A DNA stretch of 64,000 nt from contig OZ242195.1 of the NCBI GenBank assembly GCA_965205975.1, positions 192,001-256,000 on the forward strand, written 5' to 3'. The stretch comes from Candidatus Latescibacterota bacterium (GTDB lineage Bacteria; Latescibacterota; UBA2968). A program made the position numbers and the translations under genes. The notes under the pieces are model-generated. The model had not been told where the DNA came from, did no database searches, and was given only the letters and a program-made list of their open reading frames with translations. Numbering within the stretch: the stretch's first letter is position 1; every line of letters begins with the position of its first letter. Positions 10,744 to 22,724 of the stretch are shown here, in pieces.

Positions 10744-12285
10744 ATGAAAACGGAAATCATTATCAATGTCGCGTCACACGAGTCGAGAATTGCCATTCTC
10801 GAAGATGGTCGGCTTGCAGAAATTCTCGTTGAACGCGCTGAAAAAGAACGCATGGTTGGCGATATTTACCAGGGGGTTGTAACCGCTGTTTTGCCTGGCT
10901 TACAGGCAGGTTTTGTCGATATAGGACAGGAAAAAGCGGCTTTTTTACACGTTTCTGATATGCCTGGCTCGCCCGGCTCAATGGTCGAACTCGATTCGGA
11001 AATTCTCGAGGATATCCGGGATCAGACCAATGGGCAGGGCAAATTCTCTATTGATGAGCTGTTGCACAAAGGCCAGGAGATCATTGTGCAGATTAAAAAA
11101 GAGTCCATCAATACAAAAGGACCGCGCATTACTGCCGTGCCATCACTCGCCGGTCGGTTTATGGTGCTGGTACCCGATGGCGATAAAGTGGGGGTGTCGC
11201 GCAAAATTACCAATTGGCGCGAAAAGCGGCGTCTTCGGGATATCGGGGGCAATATCAAGCCCGAGGGTTTTGGCCTTATTGTGCGTACCGAAGCCCGTGG
11301 CAAGGGCGAGCGGGAACTCAGGCGCGATCTCAAGCAGCTTTTGACAACGTGGAGACGAATTCAGAAACAAGGGATGAAAAATAGTGGTCCCAAATTGCTG
11401 CACAAAGAAGTGGGCATGACATCTGGCCTTATCCGCGATTTGTTCACGGAGGATGTTCATCGTCTCGTCGTTGATTCGAAACGCGAATACAAGGAAATCC
11501 AGGCATATCTCAAAGGGGTCTCGCCAGAGTTGCGCCAGACTGTCGAATACTACGGCGATACGCGACCAATTTTTGACGCTTTTGGCATTGAAGCCGAAAT
11601 TGAAAAATTCACCGAACGCAAAATCTGGTTCAGGGGTGGTGGTTATCTGGTTATTGATCCGACAGAAGCGCTGGTTGCCATCGATGTCAACAGTGGGCGC
11701 AGCGTGGGTAAAGGACGCGCCAAACAGGATGAGACCGTGCTTAAGACCAATTTGGAAGCCGCTCGAGAAGTTGCTCGTCAACTTCGCTTACGCGATATGG
11801 GCGGGCTTGTGGTTGTCGATTTTATCGATATGGACCATGCGCGAGACCGCAAGCGCGTTGAAGAAGAAATGCGTCAGGCTATTCGCCGCGACCGGTCCAG
11901 GATCCGGTATTCGCGCATTACACAGTTTGGTCTAATGGAGATGACCCGCCAGCGGGTGCGTCCCAGTTTGATGTCCACTTATTCTGCGCCCTGTCCGCAA
12001 TGCCATGGTACGGGTCATATCCCGAGCCAGGAAACCGTGCTGTCGCGCATCGAACGCTGGCTCAAACGATCTCGCGCAGCCGCGCTCGAACGACGTCTCA
12101 CTGTGCAGGTTCACCCCACGCTCGGGTTTTATTTGCTCGAGAATCGCAGAGAACGCCTCAAAGCCATTCGCAAATCTACCCGGGTTTGGCTCGATGTTGA
12201 ATCGGCTCCGGATTTGCGCGAAGAAGATTATCGCGTTTTTTCTCGGAAGCGAAAGATCGATGTGACAAATGAAGTTCAAACTTGA
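10744..12285 (+). CDS. Rne/Rng family ribonuclease (RNase G-like)
   Basis: S1 domain, IDVNSG, LRLRDMGG..VVDFIDM, CPQC.G.G. Confidence 0.93.
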   Translation: MKTEIIINVASHESRIAILEDGRLAEILVERAEKERMVGDIYQGVVTAVLPGLQAGFVDIGQEKAAFLHVSDMPGSPGSMVELDSEILEDIRDQTNGQGKFSIDELLHKGQEIIVQIKKESINTKGPRITAVPSLAGRFMVLVPDGDKVGVSRKITNWREKRRLRDIGGNIKPEGFGLIVRTEARGKGERELRRDLKQLLTTWRRIQKQGMKNSGPKLLHKEVGMTSGLIRDLFTEDVHRLVVDSKREYKEIQAYLKGVSPELRQTVEYYGDTRPIFDAFGIEAEIEKFTERKIWFRGGGYLVIDPTEALVAIDVNSGRSVGKGRAKQDETVLKTNLEAAREVARQLRLRDMGGLVVVDFIDMDHARDRKRVEEEMRQAIRRDRSRIRYSRITQFGLMEMTRQRVRPSLMSTYSAPCPQCHGTGHIPSQETVLSRIERWLKRSRAAALERRLTVQVHPTLGFYLLENRRERLKAIRKSTRVWLDVESAPDLREEDYRVFSRKRKIDVTNEVQT

Positions 12286-12310
12286 CATAAAGTGATACTT
12301 CGGATACATT
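12282..12310 (+). promoter_or_regulatory. Putative sigma70 promoter for rplU-rpmA
   Basis: TTGACA-17 bp-TACATT overlapping the rng stop codon. Confidence 0.6.
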
Positions 12311-12422
12311 CTGTGTTCTTTGATTTCCCGGCCACACCGGGTCGGGAAGTCTGTTTGTAAATGGCAAATGTGGGGCTGGGGACTGGAGGTTGAGGACTGG
12401 GACAGTTTCTGGAGGTTTAAAT

Positions 12423-12734
12423 ATGTATGCAGTAGTCGATATCGCTGGCAGCCAATATAAGGTGGAAGCGGGCGATAATATCCGCGTTGCTCGGCTCGAT
12501 GCCGAGGAGGGGGATTCACTTACTTTGCCCGATGTGTTGCTCGTAGGTGGCAGCGATGAAATCAAAGTGGGCACGCCCCAGGTTGAAGGGGCTGTTGTCG
12601 AAGCTCTTGTCAAAGGACATGGTCGCGCAGATAAAATTACGGTTTTTAAGATGAAGCGCCGAAAAAATTATCGCCGAAAAAATGGGCATCGGCAATCTTA
12701 TACCGAACTTCAGATTGAAAAAATTGTAGCGTGA
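12423..12734 (+). CDS. rplU: 50S ribosomal protein L21
   Basis: MYAVV..AGSQYKV, FKMKRRKNYRRK.GHRQ. Confidence 0.97.
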   Translation: MYAVVDIAGSQYKVEAGDNIRVARLDAEEGDSLTLPDVLLVGGSDEIKVGTPQVEGAVVEALVKGHGRADKITVFKMKRRKNYRRKNGHRQSYTELQIEKIVA

Positions 12735-12758
12735 GAGCTAAAATCAAGGAGGCTTTTC

Positions 12759-13947
<1,189 letters not shown>

Positions 13948-14113
13948 AATAGAATTATGATTGTCATTGCGGCATGATTTTGAGCCGCAATCCAGTGGTT
14001 TTGAGCCGCCATACGCGTATAGCGGTTCCTGAGTCAGCCCGTTCAATCTCCCCAATAGAAGGGTAGTTGGACGGGCTGATTATCTTATGTGTAAAAAATG
14101 GGAGGACGGTCAA

Positions 14114-16249
14114 ATGCAAGATAGCCAGGTCAATCGCATTCCCAGATTTATATGGGGCATTGCCGACGATGTGTTGCGCGACCTGTACGTGCGGGGCAAG
14201 TACCGCGATATTATTCTGCCGATGACGGTGATTCGGCGGCTGGATGCGGCGCTTGAGCCGACCAAGCAAGCTGTTCTCGCTATGCGAACCAGACTCGACG
14301 AGGATGGCGTGATTGAACAGGAAGCCGCTTTGAAGCAGGCCGCCGGGCACGCTTTTTACAATGCTTCGCCATTCACGTTGCGCGATCTTCGCGCCCGCGC
14401 CAACCGGCAGCAACTTCGGGCTGATTTTGAGGCGTACCTGGATGGGTTTTCGGCCAATGTGCAGGATATTTTGAAGAATTTTGAGTTTCGCAACCAGATT
14501 CCGCGTTTGTCCGATGCCGATGCGCTCGGCGCGCTGATTGAAAAATTTCTGTCGCCGGATATCAATTTAAGTCCCTATCCGGTGGAGAATGGCGATGGCT
14601 CTGTGCGGTTTTCCGGTCTGGACAATCACGCAATGGGTACGATTTTCGAGGAATTGGTGCGGCGATTTAACGAAGAGAATAACGAGGAGGCTGGCGAGCA
14701 CTGGACGCCGCGCGACGCGGTCAAGTTGATGGCGAATCTCATTTTTCTACCGGTTGCTGACGAGATTGAGTCGAGTACCTATTTGCTCTACGATGGTGCT
14801 TGCGGCACGGGTGGCATGCTGACTGTCGCAGAGGAGACGCTTCGAGATCTCGCCCAGGAGCGTGACAAGCAGGTTTCCACGCATCTTTACGGTCAGGAGA
14901 TCAATGCCGAGACCTATGCGATTTGCAAGGCGGACCTGTTGCTGAAGGGCGAGGGCAGCGCGGCGGATAATATTGTCGGGGGACCGGAGTATTCGACGCT
15001 TTCCAATGATGCTTTTCCATCCCACAAGTTTGACTTTATGCTGAGTAATCCGCCTTATGGCAAGAGTTGGAAGAACGATCTGGCACGCCTGGGTGGCAAG
15101 AGCGGCTTATCTGATCCGCGATTTCTTATTGCTCATGACGGCGATGCGGAGTATTCCCTGCTCACCCGCTCCAGCGATGGGCAGATGCTGTTCCTCGCCA
15201 ATCTGCTTTCCAAGATGAAGCGCGATACCACGCTGGGTAGCCGCATTGCCGAGGTTCACAATGGGAGTTCTTTGTTCACGGGCGATGCCGGGCAGGGGGA
15301 GAGCAATATCCGCCGCTGGATTATCGAAAACGACTATCTGGAGGCGATTGTCGCGCTGCCGCTTAATATGTTCTACAATACCGGTATCGCTACGTACATC
15401 TGGGTGTTGACCAATCGCAAGCCAGCGCACCGGCAGGGCAAGGTGCAACTCATCGATGCGACCGAGTGGTATAATCCCTTGCGTAAGAATCTGGGTGCCA
15501 AGAACTGCGAGTTGTCCAATGACGACATCCGCCGCATCTGCGACGCTTTTCTGGCGTTTGAGGAGACGGAGCAGTCGAAGATTTTTCCCAATAAAGCATT
15601 CGGATACTATAAGGTGACGGTTGAGCGACCACTGCGGCTCGCTGTGGATTTGTCGCCAGAGCAACGGACGCGATTTCGGGATGCCTGTCGAGAAGCAGAT
15701 GAAGAGCCGCTCGCCGATGTGGTTGATCGGATGGCGGAGACTATCGGTAATGGTCTCCATCTCGATTTCAACAGTTTCATGGATGTAGTTGCAGCAGAGG
15801 CGTCTGAACAGGGCGTCAAGCTGATCGCCAAACGAAAAAAGCTGTTGCAAACGTCGCTGGCATTTCGGGACGAAGCCGCCGAACCTGTGATTAAAAGGGT
15901 CCACAAATTGGGCAATAGGGAGCCAGATCCGATTCGCGGTCCGGTAGAGGCGACTGTGAACGGCCAGTGCGTTATCGTCGAATATGAGCCAGACAGCGAG
16001 TTGCGCGATACCGAACAGGTGCTCCTGCTTGAAGAGGGCGGTATTGAGGGTTTCTTGAGACGCGAGGTGCTGCCCTACTCTCCCGACGCCTGGTACGTCC
16101 CGACGAGTGTTAAAATCGGCTATGAGATCAGCTTTACTCGCCATTTCTACAAGCCACAACCCATGCGTTCACGAGAAGAAATCCGCGCTGATATAATGGC
16201 GTTAGAGCGAGAGAGTGAAGGGGTGTTGGCGGAGATTATGGGGGAGTAA
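14114..16249 (+). CDS. hsdM: Type I R-M methyltransferase subunit
   Basis: GEHWTPR, YDGACGTGGML, NPPY. Confidence 0.95.
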   Translation: MQDSQVNRIPRFIWGIADDVLRDLYVRGKYRDIILPMTVIRRLDAALEPTKQAVLAMRTRLDEDGVIEQEAALKQAAGHAFYNASPFTLRDLRARANRQQLRADFEAYLDGFSANVQDILKNFEFRNQIPRLSDADALGALIEKFLSPDINLSPYPVENGDGSVRFSGLDNHAMGTIFEELVRRFNEENNEEAGEHWTPRDAVKLMANLIFLPVADEIESSTYLLYDGACGTGGMLTVAEETLRDLAQERDKQVSTHLYGQEINAETYAICKADLLLKGEGSAADNIVGGPEYSTLSNDAFPSHKFDFMLSNPPYGKSWKNDLARLGGKSGLSDPRFLIAHDGDAEYSLLTRSSDGQMLFLANLLSKMKRDTTLGSRIAEVHNGSSLFTGDAGQGESNIRRWIIENDYLEAIVALPLNMFYNTGIATYIWVLTNRKPAHRQGKVQLIDATEWYNPLRKNLGAKNCELSNDDIRRICDAFLAFEETEQSKIFPNKAFGYYKVTVERPLRLAVDLSPEQRTRFRDACREADEEPLADVVDRMAETIGNGLHLDFNSFMDVVAAEASEQGVKLIAKRKKLLQTSLAFRDEAAEPVIKRVHKLGNREPDPIRGPVEATVNGQCVIVEYEPDSELRDTEQVLLLEEGGIEGFLRREVLPYSPDAWYVPTSVKIGYEISFTRHFYKPQPMRSREEIRADIMALERESEGVLAEIMGE

Positions 16250-16408
16250 ATACCGTGCCAACCTTGAAGATATGACTAAAGTTAGCTATACTAAATATGC
16301 CAATTGGTAATCGTCACGCCTGCATGCCTGAAGCAGGCGTCTAGGATGGGTGGTGTTTTAACTCTTAGGGAGTGAAACGCGCTACCGAAATCCGAGGGTG
16401 AGAGGACA

Positions 16409-16711
16409 ATGAAATCTTTAGATGACCATATTGAGATTACCCCCGGTATATGCAGCGGAAAGCCTCGTATTGCTGGCCGTCGCATTACCGTGGCACACAT
16501 CGCCATCTGGCATGAACGCCTGGGCAAATGTGCAGATGAAATCGCCACAGAATACGATTTGACACTGGCCGATGTGTATGCAGCATTGGCCTACTATTTT
16601 GATCACCGCGAGGAGATTGACCAATCGATTCAAGAGGGTGAAGAATTTGTGAAGGCCTTCCGCCAACAGACCTTCTCAAAGCTGGCTGAAAAGCTGCAAG
16701 AAAAGAGATAA
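16409..16711 (+). CDS. DUF433-family putative antitoxin
   Basis: IEITPGIC.GKP.I.G.RITV, YDLT.ADV.AAL.YY. Confidence 0.88.
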   Translation: MKSLDDHIEITPGICSGKPRIAGRRITVAHIAIWHERLGKCADEIATEYDLTLADVYAALAYYFDHREEIDQSIQEGEEFVKAFRQQTFSKLAEKLQEKR

Positions 16712-16712
16712 T

Positions 16713-16802
16713 GTGGCGAAGATTAAGTTCTACACGGATGAGCATATCTCAAACGCTGTGGGGATGGGCTTCGTCGAAGAGGCGAGGATTTATGAGCGAT
16801 AA
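16713..16802 (+). pseudogene. Truncated DUF5615-like PIN toxin (29 codons)
   Basis: GTG frame VAKIKFYTDEHISNAV... directly after DUF433, then a stop; resembles the PIN N-terminal strand with DE motif. Confidence 0.6.
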
Positions 16803-17343
16803 TTCAATTATATCAGTAAGAAATGGGGTAATATCCGCAGTATTAGCAGGTATTATTTTGATGATAGTTCCTGCCGTCAGAGAGCATGCTGTCAGATTTC
16901 TCACATGGCTATGGCTTGGTGTGCTATGGTGTTGGGATGCTTTTATATCATCGTATTCTCTTCCTGGTTGGGCTTGGAGCATCGTTTTTCTATTCGCCAT
17001 TGTCGGAGTCATAACTATCTTTCAAGCCTTAAGGCCCGTTGAAAAACCTGATTATGTATTATATGTCGAAGACGACATACGTGGGGCAAAATGGCGTTGG
17101 AGATGGATCGGAAATCGCTTATTTAATTTGTGGTGTTATTGCCCTGATTGTGATGCAGTTCTTGTTTACCATTATGACTCAATACTTGGTGAAACTCGCT
17201 TTTTATGCGAAAATTGCGGTCACTCTGTTGTAGCTATTATTAAAGGAGGAGACAAAGATTATGCGATTAGAGCGGTTGAGCGTGAAATTGATAGAAGGAT
17301 TAGGACAGGCGAGTACAAGAGGCAACTGAATAACAGCAATTAA
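16792..17343 (+). CDS. Hypothetical membrane protein with CxxC..CxxC zinc ribbon
   Basis: Hydrophobic N-terminal segments; CPDC and CENC; AT-rich. Confidence 0.7.
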   Translation: MSDNSIISVRNGVISAVLAGIILMIVPAVREHAVRFLTWLWLGVLWCWDAFISSYSLPGWAWSIVFLFAIVGVITIFQALRPVEKPDYVLYVEDDIRGAKWRWRWIGNRLFNLWCYCPDCDAVLVYHYDSILGETRFLCENCGHSVVAIIKGGDKDYAIRAVEREIDRRIRTGEYKRQLNNSN

Positions 17344-17356
17344 TTTAAGAATATAC

Positions 17357-18685
17357 ATGACTACCCATCTCAAATCCTATCCTGACTACAAGCCCTCTGG
17401 CGTCGAGTGGCTCGGTGATGTGCCTGCCCATTGGGAGGTGAGGCGGCTACGGTCTCTTACTAACATCACAACAGGTGGACAGGACACAATCAATCAACAA
17501 GACGATGGCAAGTATCCTTTTTTCGTACGGTCTCAGACTGTTGAGAAAATAGACACTTGGTCTTTCGATGGTGAAGCAGTTTTGACAGCCGGAGATGGAG
17601 TGGGTGTTGGGAAGGTATTCCATTATATCAACGGAAAGTTCGATTATCATCAACGTGTGTACAAGTTCAGTGATTTTAGTGCCGTTTCGGGAAAGTTTTT
17701 TTTTCACTACTTTAGGGCACTACTTCGCTTTGAAGTGTTGCAGGGGACTGCGAAATCCACGGTAGATTCCTTGAGACTCCCAATGTTGCAGAACTTTCCT
17801 GTAGCTCTCCCACCCCTCTCCGAACAAACAGCCATCGTCCGCTATCTCGACCAGGCCGACGAGCGCATTCGCCGCTACGTCAGAAACAGGGAGCGGCTCA
17901 TCGAACTGTTGGAGGAATATCGACAGGCTATCATCCACCACGCGGTCACGCGCGGCCTTGATCCCGATGTGCGCCTCATGCCCACTGGCGTCGAGTGGCT
18001 TGGAGATGTGCCAGCGCATTGGGAAGTGAGGCGGTTGCAACACGTTGTCACTATGAAAGTGAGTAACGTCGATAAGCATATCAAAGAGGGCGAACTTCCT
18101 GTTCGACTTTGCAATTATGTTGACGTTTATAAGAACGACCGTATTACTGAGAGCGTGTCGTTTATGCGGGCCACCGCTACTACGGACGAAATTGAGCGTT
18201 TTCGGTTAGAATCTGGAGATGTTTTGATTACGAAAGATTCGGAAGTATGGAACGACATCGGGGTGCCTGCATTAGTCGAATATTCAGCAAGAGACTTGGT
18301 TTGCGGTTACCATTTGGCCCTGCTGCGTCCAATTAAGGCTGTGTTAAACGGTGCTTATCTCTTTCGTTCTCTACAAAGTTCGACCATTGCTTATCAGTTC
18401 CACATATCAGCCAACGGAGTAACTCGTTACGGACTGTCGCGTGGTGGAATTAAATCTGCTTTGTTGCCTATCCCCCCTCTCTCTGAGCAAGCTGCTATCG
18501 TCGCATATCTCGATAAGGCGACTGCCGAAATTGACGTCGCTATTGATCGCGCTCGGCGAGAAATTGAGTTGCTGGGCGAATACCGCACGCGGTTGATTGC
18601 CGATGTGGTTACGGGCAAAGTAGATGTGCGCGAAGCAGCGGTCGGTCTGTCCGATGATGGGGATGTATCGTCGCTTGATTTTTGA
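17357..18685 (+). CDS. hsdS: Type I R-M specificity subunit
   Basis: Two GVEWLGDVPAHWEVRRL and PPLSEQ.AIV.YLD repeats flanking two TRDs. Confidence 0.95.
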   Translation: MTTHLKSYPDYKPSGVEWLGDVPAHWEVRRLRSLTNITTGGQDTINQQDDGKYPFFVRSQTVEKIDTWSFDGEAVLTAGDGVGVGKVFHYINGKFDYHQRVYKFSDFSAVSGKFFFHYFRALLRFEVLQGTAKSTVDSLRLPMLQNFPVALPPLSEQTAIVRYLDQADERIRRYVRNRERLIELLEEYRQAIIHHAVTRGLDPDVRLMPTGVEWLGDVPAHWEVRRLQHVVTMKVSNVDKHIKEGELPVRLCNYVDVYKNDRITESVSFMRATATTDEIERFRLESGDVLITKDSEVWNDIGVPALVEYSARDLVCGYHLALLRPIKAVLNGAYLFRSLQSSTIAYQFHISANGVTRYGLSRGGIKSALLPIPPLSEQAAIVAYLDKATAEIDVAIDRARREIELLGEYRTRLIADVVTGKVDVREAAVGLSDDGDVSSLDF

Positions 18686-18764
18686 CGAAATTGAGCGCGT
18701 TTGACGCCTGTTGCACAGTGTCCCGATATTGGATATATACTCATCGAAACGGAGTATGCTAAAC

Positions 18765-20261
18765 ATGACCAACAACCGAGATCATGATTATCTCCTTGGC
18801 TTGGTACGAGAATTGTGCAACCTGCCGCATGAGACCGATTGGGTTGAGTTCAAAGTCAACTATCGTAAGCCACACACCATCGGGGAGTACATCTCTGCGC
18901 TTGCTAATGCAGCGGCTCTCCATGGCAAAGCCCACGCGTACATGCTTTGGGGAGTAGAGAACGGAACGCATGTCGTTGCTGGTACAAAATTTTCGCCAGC
19001 GACCGCGAAAAAGGGCAACGAGCCGCTTGAGACTTGGCTGTTGCGACTTCTAAACCCCCGCATCGACTTTCGTTTTCACGAAGTTATGGTTGATGACCTT
19101 CGCGTCGTTCTCTTAGAGATTGAACGTGCGTCACGGCATCCGGTCGCGTTCAATGGCATCGAGTACATCCGAGTGGGTAGTACTAAGAGAAAGCTCAAAG
19201 ACTATCCCGAAAAGGAACGGACACTTTGGCGTGTGTTTGATCGGGTGAGCTTTGAAGAAGGCATCGCCAACGAACGCCTGAGCAGCGAGGACATTTTGCT
19301 CCTGCTTGACTATCCAAAGTACTTCGATCTGCTCAATGTACCACTGCCCGATGGTCGCGTAGCCATCCTTGACGCACTCCGGCGAGACCGACTGATTGCG
19401 CCCTGCGAGGCAGGCGGCTTCAATATCACAAACCTGGGGGCGATTCTCTTTGCGAAAAATCTTGGCGACTTTCCACGGCTGAAGCGCAAGGCCATTCGGA
19501 TTATCCAGTACGTCGGTACGGGACGCATTGAGACTTTGAGAGAATACGAAGACACAAAAGGCTATGCCGCTGGTTTTGATGAACTGATCGGTTATATTGA
19601 CGCGCAACTGCCAGCAAATGAAGTTATCGGACAAGCACTACGCAAGACGGTACGGGCATTTCCCGAGGTGGCGGTGCGAGAACTGGTGGCGAATGCGCTC
19701 ATCCATCAGGACTTTTTCGCAACGGGAGCCGGGCCTATGGTGGAGATATTTGAAGGCCGCATCGAGATTACGAATCCCGGCGAGCCGTTGGTGGATACTC
19801 AGCGTTTCCTCGATAGCCCTCCGACATCTCGCAATGAAGTACTCGCCTCGCTCATGCGTCGCTTTCAGATTTGTGAGGAGCGCGGCAGTGGGATCGACAA
19901 AGTCGCGATAGAGGTTGAGCGTTACCGGTTACCTGCCCCGCTTTTTGAAGTGCCAAAAGGTTTCACGCGCACTACCCTGTTTGCCCATAAGTCTTTGGTC
20001 GATATGAGTAAAGTAGAGCGGATGCGAGCATGCTACCTGCATGCTTGCCTACAATACGTGACTCGTCAGCGAATGACCAATGCGTCACTACGCGAACGCT
20101 TCGGGATTGCCGAAAAAAACGCTTCGATGGTTTCACGATTCCTCAATGAAACTATGGAAGCAAACCTTATCGTTGTGGCAGATCCCGACGCTGGCCCACG
20201 AAATCGTCACTATCTGCCCTTCTGGACGGCCCTTGAACCGAATGCAGGAGAAATGGTTTGA
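18765..20261 (+). CDS. Schlafen/AlbA_2 + HATPase_c_4 (RecG-like) ATP-binding protein #1
   Basis: ETDWVEFK, ISALAN, RELVANALIHQD, NPG, ERGSGI; C-terminal wHTH-like region; start could be 18756. Confidence 0.85.
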   Translation: MTNNRDHDYLLGLVRELCNLPHETDWVEFKVNYRKPHTIGEYISALANAAALHGKAHAYMLWGVENGTHVVAGTKFSPATAKKGNEPLETWLLRLLNPRIDFRFHEVMVDDLRVVLLEIERASRHPVAFNGIEYIRVGSTKRKLKDYPEKERTLWRVFDRVSFEEGIANERLSSEDILLLLDYPKYFDLLNVPLPDGRVAILDALRRDRLIAPCEAGGFNITNLGAILFAKNLGDFPRLKRKAIRIIQYVGTGRIETLREYEDTKGYAAGFDELIGYIDAQLPANEVIGQALRKTVRAFPEVAVRELVANALIHQDFFATGAGPMVEIFEGRIEITNPGEPLVDTQRFLDSPPTSRNEVLASLMRRFQICEERGSGIDKVAIEVERYRLPAPLFEVPKGFTRTTLFAHKSLVDMSKVERMRACYLHACLQYVTRQRMTNASLRERFGIAEKNASMVSRFLNETMEANLIVVADPDAGPRNRHYLPFWTALEPNAGEMV

Positions 20262-20424
20262 TGAATCTCCCAAAATGACCCAATGGAAGCTGTATAGAAT
20301 CATAAATGACCGGTTTTTTTCTTGATTGAAAGCCCTAAAATGACCCAATAGAAATATTTTAAAATCTCTAATTTATTTTTTTTCAAATACTTATGAGAAA
20401 TTATTTTTCTTGACTGTTATTTGA

Positions 20425-20658
20425 TTGGTCATAGAAATGAATCCGCGATGCAGTGAAGGGTTCGAGTCGCCATTTGGCCTGGAATTGCTCTCTACGGTGC
20501 ATTGGATCGCCAGCGAGGAGAAGATATTGGACTTTGACGACATCGTGAATCATACTTACGCCTGGAGCGAGAGAAAGAAGCAGTTTTCACAGCGTCAGAT
20601 TAAGATTGCATTTGATGTTTTGTCGGAGAAGAGTTGGATTGAGCATCCCGTAAGATGA
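20425..20658 (+). pseudogene. C-terminal fragment of a DarG-like antitoxin
   Basis: EGFESPFGLELLSTVHW...W..RK..F...QI..A...L...W matches the DarG C-terminus; macrodomain absent. Confidence 0.7.
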
Positions 20659-21035
20659 AGAACTATTTGCTCTTTTGGATCTGAGTTGCCATTCGGTAAT
20701 TGACGGGTAATTGATAGGTAATTGACGCAAAGCGGGCCGATAAGTTGTAAATTTCACTTAACTTATTTATTTTATTAAAATTATGTTAATTGATGGTCAT
20801 TTGCTTGATGGTTGTTTGACGGTTGTTTGATAGAAAACCCTAAAAATGACTCGACAGGGCAGGTTCAATTTTTTAACTTATTGTTATACAAACACTTACG
20901 GTTTTGAAATTTGCTTGATGGTTGTTTGATAGAAAACCAAACGATGACCGATACTACCGGGCGCGGTTTGGAAGTTTGTATCGGCGATATGAGGATGTAG
21001 AGCAGCCTGATTTTGACGAAAGCGAGCACGTTAAC

Positions 21036-22724
21036 ATGGGTGAAAGCCAGGACATCGCGCTCATTGACGAGTTGCGCGGTCTGCCGACAGAAACCGAATG
21101 GTTGGAGTTCAAGCGCAATCGCTATGAATCTGAACAGATTGGAGAATATCTGTCCGCGCTTGCAAATTCGGCCTGCATCGCTTCCAAGACGGCTGGCTAT
21201 CTTGTCTTTGGTATTGACGATGAGACACATGAGGTCGTCGGCACAGATTTTGATCCCTATAATACCAAAGCGAAGGGCAATCAAGACCTGCTGCCCTGGG
21301 TTGGGGCGGGGTTGCATCCGAATGCAGGATTCGAGCCACGTATTGTCAATCATCCGGATGGTCGGGTCGTTGTCTTCGAGGTTGGCCCCGCGAGAGATCA
21401 ACCGGTTAGCTTTTACGGAAAAGCTTATGTCCGCGTAGGTTCCAGCAAGACCGAACTTAGCAAGTATCCCGAGAAGGCTCGCGTGATTTGGACGCGCGGG
21501 AGCGACTGGTCTGCAGAGGTGTGTGAACAGGCGCGGCTTGATGATCTTGACCCCAATGCCCTGGTCAAGGCGCGCGAGCAGTTCGTCATCAAGCATCCGG
21601 CGCAGGCGGATGAGGTCAAGGAGTGGGACGATGCGACGTTTCTCAACAAAGCCCGGGTTCTAAGACAGGGTGCTGTGACGAATACCGCACTGCTGTTGTT
21701 GGGACGGCCGGAATCGTCGGCTCTACTCTCGCCGATGGTGGCTAAAATTTCCTGGATACTCAAGGACGATCACAATATCGAGTTAGATTACGAGCATATT
21801 GGACCGCCGTTCTTGCTTGCAGGGGACCGCCTTCTGAAGCGCGTCCGCAACCTCACTGTGCGCGCCCTGCCGAGTGGGACACTGTTCCCTCAAGAAATTA
21901 CTCAGTACGACCCCTGGGTAATCCGCGAAGCCCTGCACAACAGCATTGCACATCAGGACTATCGTCTGCACGGACGGATTGTTGTCGTCGAATTTCCCGA
22001 CCGCATTTTGCTGACCAATGTCGGGGATTTTCTGCCCGGCGATGTTGAGACGGTCATTCAACAGGACGCCCCCCAGGCTATCTACCGCAATCCATTCCTT
22101 GCTGATGCCATGGTTGAATTGAATCTGATTGATACTCAGGGTGGCGGCATTAAGCGCATGTTCGATACACAGAGGAAGCGTTTCTTTGCGCTTCCTGACT
22201 ACGATTTGACGCGGACAAATAGTGTGGCTGTAAGCATCCACGGCCGCATTCTTGATGAGCGCTATACTCGGCTCCTGATGGAACGAACTGATCTGAACCT
22301 CAGTCAGGTTATGCTTCTTGACCAGATGCAGAAGGGAATGCGTATCAGCCGGGAAGATCATCGCGATCTGAAGGCCAGTGGCCTTGTTGAAGGCCGTTAC
22401 CCTAACTTAATGGTCGCTGAATCGATTGCTAAGGTGACGGATGACACTGACCGTTACCTCATAGAACGCGGATTCGACAAGCAGTACTACCTGGATATGA
22501 TTTTAACCTTGATCCGCGAACATGGTTCGGTCAGTCGCAAAGAGATCGATCAAGCCCTGATTTCGCAGCTTCCTGATCGGCTGACAGAGGAGCAGAAGCG
22601 GTGGAGAGCTCAGAATCTCATACAGGATCTGCGTCGCTCCGGTTTGATCGTCAACCAGGGGACCCGTGCCCAACCTGCCTGGATGCTCTCAGACGCACAT
22701 CAGGGAAGGACATTTCATACATAA
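21036..22724 (+). CDS. Schlafen/AlbA_2 + HATPase_c_4 ATP-binding protein #2
   Basis: ETEWLEFK, LSALAN, REALHNSIAHQDY, YRNP, GGGI. Confidence 0.85.
   Translation: MGESQDIALIDELRGLPTETEWLEFKRNRYESEQIGEYLSALANSACIASKTAGYLVFGIDDETHEVVGTDFDPYNTKAKGNQDLLPWVGAGLHPNAGFEPRIVNHPDGRVVVFEVGPARDQPVSFYGKAYVRVGSSKTELSKYPEKARVIWTRGSDWSAEVCEQARLDDLDPNALVKAREQFVIKHPAQADEVKEWDDATFLNKARVLRQGAVTNTALLLLGRPESSALLSPMVAKISWILKDDHNIELDYEHIGPPFLLAGDRLLKRVRNLTVRALPSGTLFPQEITQYDPWVIREALHNSIAHQDYRLHGRIVVVEFPDRILLTNVGDFLPGDVETVIQQDAPQAIYRNPFLADAMVELNLIDTQGGGIKRMFDTQRKRFFALPDYDLTRTNSVAVSIHGRILDERYTRLLMERTDLNLSQVMLLDQMQKGMRISREDHRDLKASGLVEGRYPNLMVAESIAKVTDDTDRYLIERGFDKQYYLDMILTLIREHGSVSRKEIDQALISQLPDRLTEEQKRWRAQNLIQDLRRSGLIVNQGTRAQPAWMLSDAHQGRTFHT

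Noticed and set aside
12311..12422. L21 leader RNA
   Set aside because: A hairpin exists at about 12323-12349, but I cannot match it to the known family without a covariance search.
16711..16791. N-terminal 27 codons of ORF 16711-17343
   Set aside because: This DNA is better explained by the truncated PIN gene in another frame; ATG 16792 has an upstream GAGG RBS.
17393..18037. Repeat within hsdS as a shufflon site
   Set aside because: These are the normal direct conserved regions of HsdS; there is no invertase or silent TRD.
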